Below, piece by piece: positions 26,281 through 38,391 of a stretch of 64,000 nt of DNA. The notes under the pieces were generated by a model. The model saw only the letters and a list, made by a program, of their open reading frames with translations. It ran no database searches and was not told the origin of the DNA. How positions within the stretch are numbered: position 1 is the stretch's first letter; each line of letters begins with the position of its first letter. Source of the stretch: Eledone cirrhosa (taxonomy: Eukaryota); assembly GCA_964016885.1 (NCBI GenBank), contig OZ024743.1, positions 165,912,001-165,976,000 of the forward strand, written 5' to 3'. Both the position numbers and the translations under genes were made by a program.

Positions 26281-27369
26281 AGTAATATGTACTTAAGGTA
26301 ATTTAGTAATGATATTATATGAAAAGCTTAATTCGAGACGATCATGTGAACTTCAATTTGATTTTCCTTATCTCATCAATACATGTGATAAAATCAGTAT
26401 CGCTATTGAACAGATCGGATCACCTATTCGCGGATATCTTTTATCATGAGATCTCAATAAACTGGCAGTATCGTTGTAGGTGTTGTTTAGTCCTAGATCA
26501 GTCATATTCGAGCAAATATGACCAAAGACATTCCAATAAACATCATGTTTTGCATTATCTAATGTGCTCTTCCTGGTAGAGTTTGCATTAAAAAATATGT
26601 TGATGCTGTTTCTAGTGAGTCGAGTTACCAAATACAGAGTATCTTATTGGCATGGTGATTGTAGATGTTGTTTATCCCCAGGTCAGCTCTGGTAAAGCAG
26701 ATGTATGATCAAACATATTTCGCTCATGAACATCCTGCCTTTTTTCTTTATATCTTGCACCTATGACGGGCACATTATACAATGTGCCCGTCTTTTGTAA
26801 GCGGAGCTGCTATTTCTGGCATGTAGAGCGACCACATAGATCTCGGCTATTAGTTCATCATTAACACTGTCTTATAAGTTCACCGGGTAAATAAATATAT
26901 GTAATTGTTATTTTAGCTACCCTTTTGCTATTTGAATACAAATCATAGGTTTACTGACAGTGGGGTTTTAGCTAGTATACATTTTAAATGTTATGTTCTA
27001 AATATAAAATAACAAGAATAAAAAGAAACGTAACAAAAATTTCCTTTAAAAAAAAACAGTTTAGAGTACACTTTCTCCTAAATTTTGTTATCCTTTCATG
27101 CATGGTAATTATTATGCAAAATGTCGCTTTAATTATATATAATTGATTAGTTCACCGAGAATTATGACAGGAAAGGTTGTATTCAAAGAATAATTTCCCT
27201 CGCCTAAAAACGGAAATGAAGGTTGGTGAATGGCAAATATTTCGTCATCTGATAATCTGTATGTACAACTGTATTTCAAAAGATACTGGAATACGACACT
27301 AGCGATGTCGGGTTGAATTGTGCTTTGTGAGTGAAATTTGGTTGGCAGAAAGGGCAGAACAAGCCATAT

Positions 27370-27661
27370 ATATTCATTAGTTAAGCAAAACAAGACCACA
27401 AATTTCACAAGGAAGATATTATTAAAAGATTGTCAACATAATTGTAGTTTAATGTAAGGAATGTAAAGAATAATAATAAAAAATTTGATCCAGAAACATT
27501 ATATAGAGTAACGAAACAATTGTTAAACGGACATTATTAGTATTATTATTATTATTATTATTCTTTACATTCCTTACATTAAACTACAGCTATGTTGACA
27601 ATCTTTAAATAATGTCTTCCTTGTGAAATTTGTGGTCTTGTTTTGCTTAACTAATGAATAT
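27370..27661. repeat. Inverted repeat, ~110-bp arms with ~75-bp spacer (MITE/fold-back)
   Basis: 27370-27478 is the near reverse complement of 27553-27661. Confidence 0.9.
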
Positions 27662-28267
27662 TTCCAGCTCTGTGCACCTAACCTCTGCATGAACCCAGCC
27701 ACCTAGCTGCCTTCCACTGTATATTGCACATTGAGCACATGCCTTTACGCTTTTGGCTTCTAACTAATTCACCAATCTCTTTTCTCCTCTCCTATCTATC
27801 TCCATCTCTCTCTTTAAGATTGGTTACTCTTGAACTGTGTATATATATATATATATATCACAAATATACATATACATATGTACGTATGGGTTATCTCGAA
27901 TATTAATAATAATATTCGATTCGTTTGTAAAGAAACGGCTTGATTGAAGCTGTGCCGTATCTATGACCAATCGTCATCAGTTTCTTCAACACAGGCATAG
28001 AGGCACAATCAACATGTTTCTGGGTCATTACCCTTCATCAGGACTCTATACCTCTGCCAATCTGTTGGACGGTTAAAAATATATAGTATTTTCTTAAGTA
28101 CACATTGGCTTAGTAGCCTCATTTGCATACCGAACGAGATACGGCTGACCGTGTCGAAAACTAAAACTAAAATTAGAATTTCTGGCCTTAGCACATCTGA
28201 TACATAAATGTAAGTATGCATACGTATACACACACACACACACACACACATCTATCTATCTATCTAA

Positions 28268-30765
28268 GCAGACGTGTGCGGCCTTTCAGCGGCACTTTGC
28301 TCGGCTGTTCAGGCAGGGCGCGCCGGGAGGGGCTATGGATTTCGGTCCATACCTCGACGGCCTACCGGGACTCTCGGACAGCGAGGCAAAGTTCTGCGAA
28401 AAGCCTATTTCAGCCGCTGAGATAGGGGACGCGTTGAGCCAATGCGGCAAACGCAAATCTCCAGGTCTCGACGGTCTACCCTACGAATTTTACGTAGCAA
28501 TGCCGGACTTATTCTCCGGACTCCTGGAAGCGGTCTACTGCAACTGGCAACAGAACGGGAGAATTCCCAGTTCTGTGACCGGGGGAGTAATCACACTAGT
28601 CAGGAAGGACGAGAAAAGGGGGGATGACATAGGCAACTTCTGGCCCATAACTCTGCTAAACACAGAGTTACAGATTTTGGCCAAGGTGTTGGCAAAGAGG
28701 CTGGCGCTTGTCGTCGAGAACCTGGTGGGAGAAGTCAGACATGCGTAATCCCGACCAGGTCCATACACGACAACCTCCACCTCATGCGATACATCATAGA
28801 GAGGGTAGGGTGTAAACCCGGCTTCGGTGGGGGCCCTGATCAACTTTGATCAGTCTAAGGCTTTCGATAGGGTTGACCATCGTTACCTGGATGCGGTGCT
28901 CGAGGCGGCAGGCTTCGGAGCCGTGTTCAGGGGCTGGAATACTGCAATGCATAACAGCAACATCTGCTCAAGGGTTAAGGTGAACGGCTACCTCTCGGGG
29001 CCGTTCCATATCACGCGATCCATTCGACAGGGATGCCCTCTCTCCTCCCTTCTGTACGTATTGACTCTCGAGCCACTACTGCGGAGGTTGGAGCTATTGC
29101 AGGGCATCCCTCTGGAACCGGGACTGTGGAAAGCGGCGTCGGCCTACGCCGACGACGTTACAGTAATGGTCTCGAGCGCCTCGCATATCGAGGAAGTCGG
29201 CACCTTACTGAAGGAATACGAAAGGTTCACAGGAGCGAAGCTGAACCGAGACAAGTCCATCGGTTTGCAACTCAGATCGTGGAGAGGCAGACCGATGCCT
29301 TCCGATGGCGTCGTCGGACGCTGGACGGAAGGACCAGTAAACTGCTCGAGGTCTGGTTTGGTCCGGACCTCCAGGTGGAGAAGAACTGGAACGAGGTGTC
29401 AGCCAAGGTGTTTGCACTCACCCAGAAGTGGGCCGAGTGCAAACTATCCTTGAAAGGTCGAGCAGAGGTGGCGAACACTTTTATAGCGTCCGCCATCTAC
29501 TACCGCTTGACCGTCGTGCTTTGTCCAGCCAAAACGCTCGCCAAAATGGAGCGCGCGCTCTTCCAATTCCTTTGGAAGAGGCGGGCTCCTTTGGTGAGAA
29601 GATCCATCTGCTGCCAACGCCCTTCCAACGAAGGGCTGGGGATGCCGTGGATGACGATGCGCCAACACGCGCTCAGGCTGCGGCATCTCTACATATTCCT
29701 CACCGGACAACCGGTGTGGGCCCCGTTCGTGAGGCGAGCCTTCCCACGACTCGTCTCACTGACCGAGCTGCAGTCCTGGGTCAAGCAAAGACCGAGGAAA
29801 ATGGGCGACTGGCACATTGAATGTGCTCAGGCGCTCACAGCCCTCTGGCAGGCGGACCCGGCGATCAGTGGAGACTCCACTTCGTCATTCTATAGAGGGT
29901 TGATCCGCAGCAAGTGCGACGACGTGCTCGGTGAAACTCTGGGCGTAGAGGAAGACGAACTGGCCAGTCAGTTCGGTAGGACCTTCCGCCCGGGACCGGT
30001 GGACAACTTCCAAAAGTCCCTGGCCTGGCAGTGCTACCGAGGAGCTCTACCAGTTCGATACAAGCTCTACAGACATGGGCGCCCGGGCAGGGACCCTGCA
30101 AAAAAGATCTGTCCGAGGTGCGTGCGAGACGAAGAAACCGTCGCGCACGCATTCATACACTGCTCGGGCATCACCGACCTGTGGGGCTATGTAGAACGAC
30201 TATAGTCGCGGGTGGGACCAATCTGGTTGACCACCGAGTCCATTGTCATGATCAAACCGCCACCCTCCTTCAAAAACGAAGGAGAGGCGGTTTTCCTTTG
30301 TGTGATAGCTATGGCGAAAGAGGTTGTATGGTGGACAAGGTTGAAAGGGCTGAGGTCAGACACCTTTCTCTCCGGCCAACAACTGATTCTTTTTTTCAAA
30401 TACCACTTTGGAAGAAGAATCAGGATGGAGAGAGAGGTGCTGTACCCCAGCAAGTTTTATGAAGGGTGGGTGAAAGTGGCGAGAATGGCCCGAGTGAATG
30501 GGCCTTCTCTCTATATCAGCCTGTAGGTTGAGGAAAAAGAGGAGGAGAGGAAAGGAGTACAAACTCTTCGTACTCCTGGAGATGAGGGTTGCACATTTTT
30601 TTTCGGGGGTATGTGTTAGCCATATGAAATGTCTCCCCCTATTGGGGAAAATCGACTAATTTTTAAATTGCATTTGTAATAATATTTTACACGTTTTTAT
30701 TGTATGTAAACTTCCCCCTTTGTGTTTGTCCCCTTCTTTTGTGCCCATGTGGCTAATAAAGAAAC
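28268..30765 (+). mobile_element. 5'-truncated Tx1/L1-like LINE ORF2 pseudogene
   Basis: KSPGLDGLPYEFY, PITLLNTE, DQSKAFDRVDH, RQGCPLS, AYADD, CPRC...ETVAHAFIHC; ends aataaagaaa; frameshifts. Confidence 0.93.
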
Positions 30766-30785
30766 ATATCTATGTATATATATAA

Positions 30786-30975
30786 AACGAAGGAGGTGTG
30801 GTAAGGAATCAGATGGACCATAACGCACCAGCATACTCAATACTTAGGGTAGTAGAGTGGGTAATAGGAAAATCTTTAACCCCGACGGCAGAGCTCAAGC
30901 CGTTTCGACGGCTATTTCTGGACTAAATAGCCGTCGAAACTGCTTGAGCTCTGTCGTCGGAGTTAAACATTTTCA
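30786..30975. mobile_element. Fold-back mini-element made only of the terminal sequence of the PLE at 55757-59862
   Basis: Long arm matches the reverse complement of ~59719-59858; short inverted arm 30925-30974. Confidence 0.9.
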
Positions 30976-30994
30976 TATATATATATATATGTGT

Positions 30995-31026
<32 letters not shown>

Positions 31027-31029
31027 ACA

Positions 31030-31540
31030 TATACATATGTACGTATAGGTTAGCTCGAATATTAATAATAATATTCGATATATGGGTGTGTGTGTATCGA
31101 ATAATATACGATACGTTTACGATTAAATATTGAAAGCCTTTAGCTCTGAATTTGAAAAGTGATGGTGACTCCACCTACGAAGTTCCAGCAGAAGCAAGGA
31201 GTAAGAGAGAAGTCGACAGCTGTTTCTGGCTGTTTGGCCCTTGTCAAGACTACCCATCCCTTTACCTCACTTCATACTGGAACTCAAATAAGCTGTAAAC
31301 CTATAGTTTTAAAGCTTATGTATATGAGCTAATTAGCATAAGGAGCATTAGGCTGGCTCGGCCTTATTTTGAGTGTGTAGTCTTGACAACGACCAAACAA
31401 CCAGAAATAGTTGTCGACTATTCCCTACCCATTGCTTCCGCTGGAGCTATATAGGTGATATCGCCATCATCTTTAAAATGCATAGCTAAAGGCTTTCAAA
31501 TGTTTATTCGTAAACATATCGTATATTATTCGATATATAA
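31030..31540. mobile_element. Diverged fold-back element with one-sided hairpin tail
   Basis: 31095-31256 is an imperfect reverse complement of 31376-31535; tail tcgaatattaataataatattcga also at 27897 and partly at 7074. Confidence 0.8.
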
Positions 31541-32364
31541 ACTTCACATACATGTATGCATATAGCTATGTTGTAGCGAACACCTTAATTCTCTTTTTCT
31601 TTATCTATATATTCACTGGGTATTAAAAAATTCGTTGTAACGAAAAATTCTTTATAACGAGATCAACCGAAACAAATCGAACGTTTGTTTCTTACTATCT
31701 CGAGGATTGAAAAAATTTCGTTACACTGAAACATTCGTTATGATGGTCATCTGTCGTAATGTCCAATTTCCTTAGAATAAAAGATGTTAAAAGGTATTTA
31801 AATATTGTATAGAAACTTTAAAAATTTATCTAGAATTTATTTAGAAAGTAATAAAGAAAATAATAGAAAAATGTGTTCTACAAAAAATATATAACATTTA
31901 CAGAACTCCAGTATATGCAATGCTTTTAGCGTCGGTAAATATATAGGGATCATTTGTGATGGATTTTGTTTATAGCATTGACTGTGATGTTTTGGGGGCT
32001 CTTTCACATTCCCATTTCTCACTGGAATGGTGGATTTGTAAATTGGGGGACAAATACGCTTTCTACAAGAGTTCGAAGTGATGACGGATCAAAGCACCCT
32101 TCAGTATCAAGGGATTGCTTTTTAAAAAGTTTAAACGGCTAAGAGATGCTTCTCTGTAACTCCTTGTGTTCCCCTCCCTCGCCGCTTCTATTATTCACAC
32201 TAAAGAAATCTCCAAGGCTGGGAAAATTCGAAAGTTACCCTCTCCGTTTTCGGAACAGAAGGCGATGTATAATAAAGAAAGAAAATAATAGAAAAATTAT
32301 AAAACATTTACAGAACTTCAACTTGGACAGTGTTTTTAACTTTTCTTTGGGACAGATATGAAGA

Positions 32365-32900
32365 ATTTGTGGGGTTTACCTTGTCTGGAATAACCTACGT
32401 ACAATTGACCATGTGGAAAACAGCCCTCTTCTAGATGGAGACCGACAACCTGCAGGGTTTGACTTTGGGACTTGTTAATGATCATTGTGTAACTGACTCT
32501 CACTGGGAATTTCAATCATTTTAATTGGAATCATTTAAAACGAAATGGGACATGTGTTGGTATTAACGGCATTCTAGGTATGAATGCGATGTCTGCTTTA
32601 CCACCTTCAGTGAAGATTTTGGCTTCGATAATGCCATAACCATATGCGGCACATTGCACAATTATGGCTAATCCAGGTTTCTGAGAAACATGATGACTGT
32701 GTCCTTCTTCAATTCAAGGTTGTGTGGCAGCATACCGGACAGTTCCAGATTGTTGAGAAATTCAACAGGATAATGAACAGCATCGTCTTCGTCGAGAACT
32801 TTGTCTATAGATGTATATGTCTGGTTACCTCCAGGGATGATTTGTAACAGATTTTGTAAATGGCATTCACTGATGTTTTGGAGGGCAAAGACTTCTCTTT
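32365..32900 (-). pseudogene. Helitron PIF1-family helicase C-terminal remnant
   Basis: Manual translation VHYPVEFLNNLELSGMLPHNLELKKDTVIMFLRNLD and FPVRVSYTMIINKSQSQTLQVVGLHLEEGCFPHGQLYVGYSR (motifs V/VI); stops present. Confidence 0.9.
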
Positions 32901-33499
32901 AACGCAGCCACTCCTCATTGGAATGGTGAATTTAGAAATTGGGGAACACTTAATTAATTAAGCTTACAACGCTTTCCACAAGAACACAAAATGATGAAGG
33001 ATCCACACGTCCTTCAGTATCAAGAGGTTTCTTTTCCATAAATTTAAATGGCTGAGAGATGCCCCACACTTCCCGCCTCTGTTATTCGCACTGACGAAAT
33101 CTCCGAGACTGGGAAAATACGATGGCTTCCCCCATTCCATTTTTGGAAAAGAACGTGATTGCAAACGTGCCGGAGGTCTTATTAGTTGAAAACACACGAA
33201 AAAACCTAGGTTAAAAATTTTCTTCACGAGTTCTAACTATTTATTAACAAATTTAAACCAAAATTAAATATGTAATCACCCCCAGTAGATTCTCTCTCTA
33301 TCCCACACGCACACACACACACACACGCCACGAAATAAGAGAAAAAATGCTCATACACATCTGTTCAAAAATTCCTGATTGAAAGCCGCCACTGATGCTT
33401 TGGTCTGTTTTTTTTATAATTTCCCACCACAAAGGGCCTGTGACAGACAGGCTGAAGCACCCCCCCCCCCCCCACACACACACACACGTGTGTATTTTT

Positions 33500-34240
33500 A
33501 TATATACACTCTCACACATACTCACACTCTCTAAAACCATATTACAAAAATACAATTTCTTTTACAACCATACTGTTGTCAATCCCATAGAATATGTCTC
33601 TGACTTACAATTCCCCCTCCTCGCCACCTCCATCTAAACTCCTGACCAGTCCATTAACACAATTGAGATACACACATATTTACAGAATATCTCCTCCTTA
33701 AAAACAATTTTGTTCTGTGTGAAAAAACACAACTAACACCACTGCTGCTGCTACCTCCGTGACTACACCTCTCTATATACACAGGAGTTTATTTTCCAGT
33801 CTCCTTCTCAACAAGGAAGATGAACAAAACTTGCCTCAACACTTAATTTTAAATCTTTAATTCTTAGTATTTAATTCTTATTAACTCTTTTTAATTGAAA
33901 TACTCTACATATGATAAGGTGAATTTTACTGATACATCGAAACGGTAATACTTTATATAATGTCACTTTGACGAATCAAAGAAAAGAAGAAAAGAAAGAA
34001 AAACAGACCCTTAAATATATTTTCCGTGCTATTTCCAATCTCACATTTTCTTTCTCTGTAAATATGTGTGTATCTCAATTGTGTTAATGGACTGGTCAGG
34101 AGTTTAGATGGAGGTGGCGAGGAGGGGGAATTATAAGTCAGAGACATATTCTATGGGATTGACAACAGTATGGTTGTAAAAGAAATTCTATTTTTGTAAT
34201 ATGGTTTTCGAGAGTGTGAGTATGTGTGAGTGTATATATA
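33500..34240. mobile_element. MITE/fold-back with ~185-bp near-identical inverted repeats
   Basis: 33500-33686 is the reverse complement of 34055-34240; ~370-bp non-coding spacer. Confidence 0.85.
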
Positions 34241-34389
34241 AACAGAGAGAGACAGAGAGAGACAGAGTTATTGTTATAACTGCATATATTGTTATATCAT
34301 CAGTTTTATTTTATTTTATTGTATTTTTAATTTTGTTTTAAATATCTACTGTATTCACCTTTATATTCAGACCTATATATGGAGACAGT

Positions 34390-34543
34390 TGTGTATATAT
34401 GTATGTGTGTGTATATACGTATGTATGTATATGTCCGTATATACGTATATACGTATGTACGTATATGTATATGTATATATATATATATGTATGTATGTAC
34501 ATATATATGTATGTGTGTGTATATACGTATATACGTATGTACG

Positions 34544-34589
<46 letters not shown>

Positions 34590-34681
34590 CATATATATGT
34601 ATATATATATATGTATGTATGTAGATATATATGTATGTATGTCCGTATATACGTATATACGTATGTACGTATATATATATG

Positions 34682-34713
<32 letters not shown>

Positions 34714-34805
34714 TGTATGTATGTACATATATATGTATATATATATATGTATGTATGTACATATATATGTATGTATGTCCGGATATACATATATACGTAT
34801 GTACG

Positions 34806-34836
<31 letters not shown>

Positions 34837-34943
34837 GTATGTATGTACATATATATGTATGTGTGTGTATGTATATATATGTATATATATGTGTGTATGT
34901 ATGTATGTATATATATATGTGTGTATGTATGTATGTATGTATG

Positions 34944-34974
<31 letters not shown>

Positions 34975-35063
34975 GTATGTATGTATGTATATATATGTAT
35001 GTATGTATGTATATATATATATGTATGTATGTATATATATATATATGTATGTATGTATGTGTG

Positions 35064-35097
<34 letters not shown>

Positions 35098-35227
35098 TGT
35101 ATGTATATATATATATATGTATGTATGTATGTATATATATATATATATATATGTATGTATTTATATATATATATATATGTATGTATGTGTGTATATATGT
35201 ATGTATATATATGTATATGTATGTATG

Positions 35228-35272
<45 letters not shown>

Positions 35273-35324
35273 ATATGTATATATGTATGTATGTATATAT
35301 ATATATGTATATATATGTATGTAT

Positions 35325-35358
<34 letters not shown>

Positions 35359-35405
35359 GTACATGTATGTATGTATGTATGTATATGTATATATGTATGT
35401 ATATG

Positions 35406-35445
<40 letters not shown>

Positions 35446-36082
35446 TATGTATGTATATATATGTGTGTATGTATGTATATATATGTATGTATATGTATGT
35501 ATGTATGTATATATATGTATGTATATGTATATATGTATGTATGTATATATATATGTATGTATGTATATATATATGTATGTATGTATATATATATATGTAT
35601 GTATATGTATATATGTATGTATGTATATATGTATGTATGTATGTATATGTGTATGTATGTATGTATATATATATATATATGTATGTATATATATATGTAT
35701 GTATATGTGTATATGTGTATATATGTATATATGTATGTATGTATGTGTATATGTATGTATGTATGTATGTATATGTATGTATGTATGTATGTATATGTAT
35801 GTATGTATGTATATGTATATATGTATGTATGTGTATATATGTATGTATGTATATATGTATGTATGTATATGTATATGTATGTATATATATATGCATGTAT
35901 ATATATATATGTAAGTATATATAATATGTATGTATATATATGTGTATGTATGTATGTATATATATATATGTATGTATATATATATATGTATCTATATATA
36001 TATATGTATGTATATATATATATATATGTATGTATATATATATATGTATGTATATATATACGTATGTATATGTATATGTATG

Positions 36083-36140
<58 letters not shown>

Positions 36141-36228
36141 CATATATATATATGTATGTATGTATATGTGGATATGTATGTATGTATATATAAATATGTA
36201 TGTATGTATATATAAATATGTATGTATG

Positions 36229-36294
<66 letters not shown>

Positions 36295-36698
36295 TATATA
36301 TGTATATGTATATATGTATATATGTATATATATGTATATATGTATGTATGTGTCTATGTATGTATATGTGTATGTGTATGTATGTATATGTATATATATA
36401 CGTATATGTATATATGTATGTATATGTATATATGTATGTATATGTGTATGTATATATATATATATATGTGTATGTATGTATATGTATATATATATGTATA
36501 TGTATGTGTATATATGTATGTATATGTGTATGTATGTATGTATGTGTATGTGTGTATGTATGTATATTTGTATGTATGTATGTATATATATATATATGTA
36601 TATGTATTTATGTATGTATATATATATATATCTGTGTATATGTATGTATGTATATGTATATATGTATGTATGTATGTATGTATATATGTGTATGTATG

Positions 36699-36730
<32 letters not shown>

Positions 36731-36774
36731 TGTATATATATGTATATATGTATGTATATATGTATGTATGTATG

Positions 36775-36807
<33 letters not shown>

Positions 36808-37061
36808 ATGTATATATGTATGTATGTATGTATATGTGTATATGTATGTATGTATTTATATATATATATGTATGTATTTATATATATATGTATGTATGTA
36901 TATATGTGTATGTATATATATATGTATATATACATGTATGTATATATATATATGTATATATATGTGTGTATGTATGTATATGTGTGTATGTATGTATATA
37001 TGTATATATGTATGTATTTGTGTATATATTTGTATGTATGTATATATATATATATGTATGT
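34390..37061. repeat. Compound (TA)n/(TATG)n microsatellite array, ~2.7 kb
   Basis: Direct inspection; source of the long YIYI/MYVC ORFs. Confidence 0.97.
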
Positions 37062-37515
37062 AAGAGCAAGGGAGCTCTTAAGAGTCAATAGCCATCCAAA
37101 ATCACCGGGAGAGATGACCCCTTAGCCTTTGTCAAGGCAGAATTCTAGGAGAAGGAAAACTCTGATATAACACCTGCAACCCTGATGGTATCCAATGATG
37201 TTGACTTGTTCTTCTTTTTGGTAAATATCATCTTGGTTAAGAGAGTGGGACTGGCTTTGTGCAGTGCCTTTGCTCACTATAAAAGCTTCACAGCACAGGC
37301 ATTGCTTTATATCTGGAGATCTCTCTGCACTTGTCATCACATAGCACCATGGGCCCTGCACTATGTGTCAATAATGGTCACAAGTGTAGTCTTTGTACCA
37401 GAGTTTTCAAGTCGCTGGCTGGACTAAAAAGTCACATTCGTTCAGCGCATCGGTAGGAGTTCTCCTACATGGATATAAAGTAGTGGCCGTACTCGAAAAC
37501 GAGTTGGCAGCCATC
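37062..37515 (+). mobile_element. Bipartite non-autonomous RTE-related element, 5'-truncated
   Basis: Shares ctaggagaagg...gatataa.acctgc...gagagtggga...gcacaggcattgc with the RTE leader and tggcc.tactcga.aacgag..ggcagccat with the RTE 3' end. Confidence 0.8.
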
Positions 37516-38020
37516 CACATGTATGTATATATGTATGTATGTATGTATTTAAGTATGTATGTATATGTATGTATGTATGTATATATATGTATGTATGTAT
37601 GTATATATGTATGTATATGTATATATATATATATATGTATGTGTATGTATGTATATGTGTGTGTATGTATATATATATATGTATATATATATGTATGTAT
37701 ATATGTGTGTGTGTGTATATATATATATATATGTATGTATGTATGTTTATATGTATATATATATATATATGTATGTATGTATGTATATATGTATATGTAT
37801 GTGTGTATGTGTGTATGTATGTATATGTGTATGTATGTATGTTGACATAATCTGGTAATCTTGTATCAGTAATGACGGTAATATATATATATATATGTGT
37901 GTGTGTGCGTGTAAGTGAGTAGAATAGCGTGTGTGTGTGTTTGTTGTGTGTGTGAGTGTTGCTGTGTGCACGCATATGTATGCGTGTGTGTGTATGTCGT
38001 ACGTATAAGTGTCAATAAGT

Positions 38021-38053
<33 letters not shown>

Positions 38054-38055
<2 letters not shown>

Positions 38056-38356
38056 GCGGGGACATAGAAATAATCGGGCTGGATGCCCGATCGCGCAGTT
38101 AAACCACTGGGAGTGAAGAACCCCTAGCCCATGTCAGGGTATTCTTCTAGGAGAAGGCATCTCAGGAAACTGGGTTAACTCCGATATAAAACCTGCGGCT
38201 CAGTAGTTACCGATGATGTTGATCTTTTCTTCTTTTCGGGTTATAGCTACTGTCGCTCAGAGAGTGGGATTGGTTCAGTGCACAGCCTTTCCTCACTTTA
38301 AAAATATTCGTCACGCACAGGCATTGCACGAGTGCATTAATAATTATTAATAGTGT

Positions 38357-38391
<35 letters not shown>

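Noticed and set aside
31560-31760. ttcgtt(a/g)taacga-like repeats resembling pogo/Tigger subterminal motifs
   Set aside because: Too degenerate; no paired TIRs or TSD identified
34327-37125. Very long YIYI/MYVC ORFs (up to 908 aa), and similar ones across the window
   Set aside because: TA/TATG microsatellites lack stop codons in several frames; no coding signal
38054-38150. Possible HDV-like ribozyme at RTE 5' ends (also 53790-53876 and 46980-47064)
   Set aside because: Hairpins are present but I could not assemble the nested double pseudoknot by eye; needs an RNArobo/Infernal search
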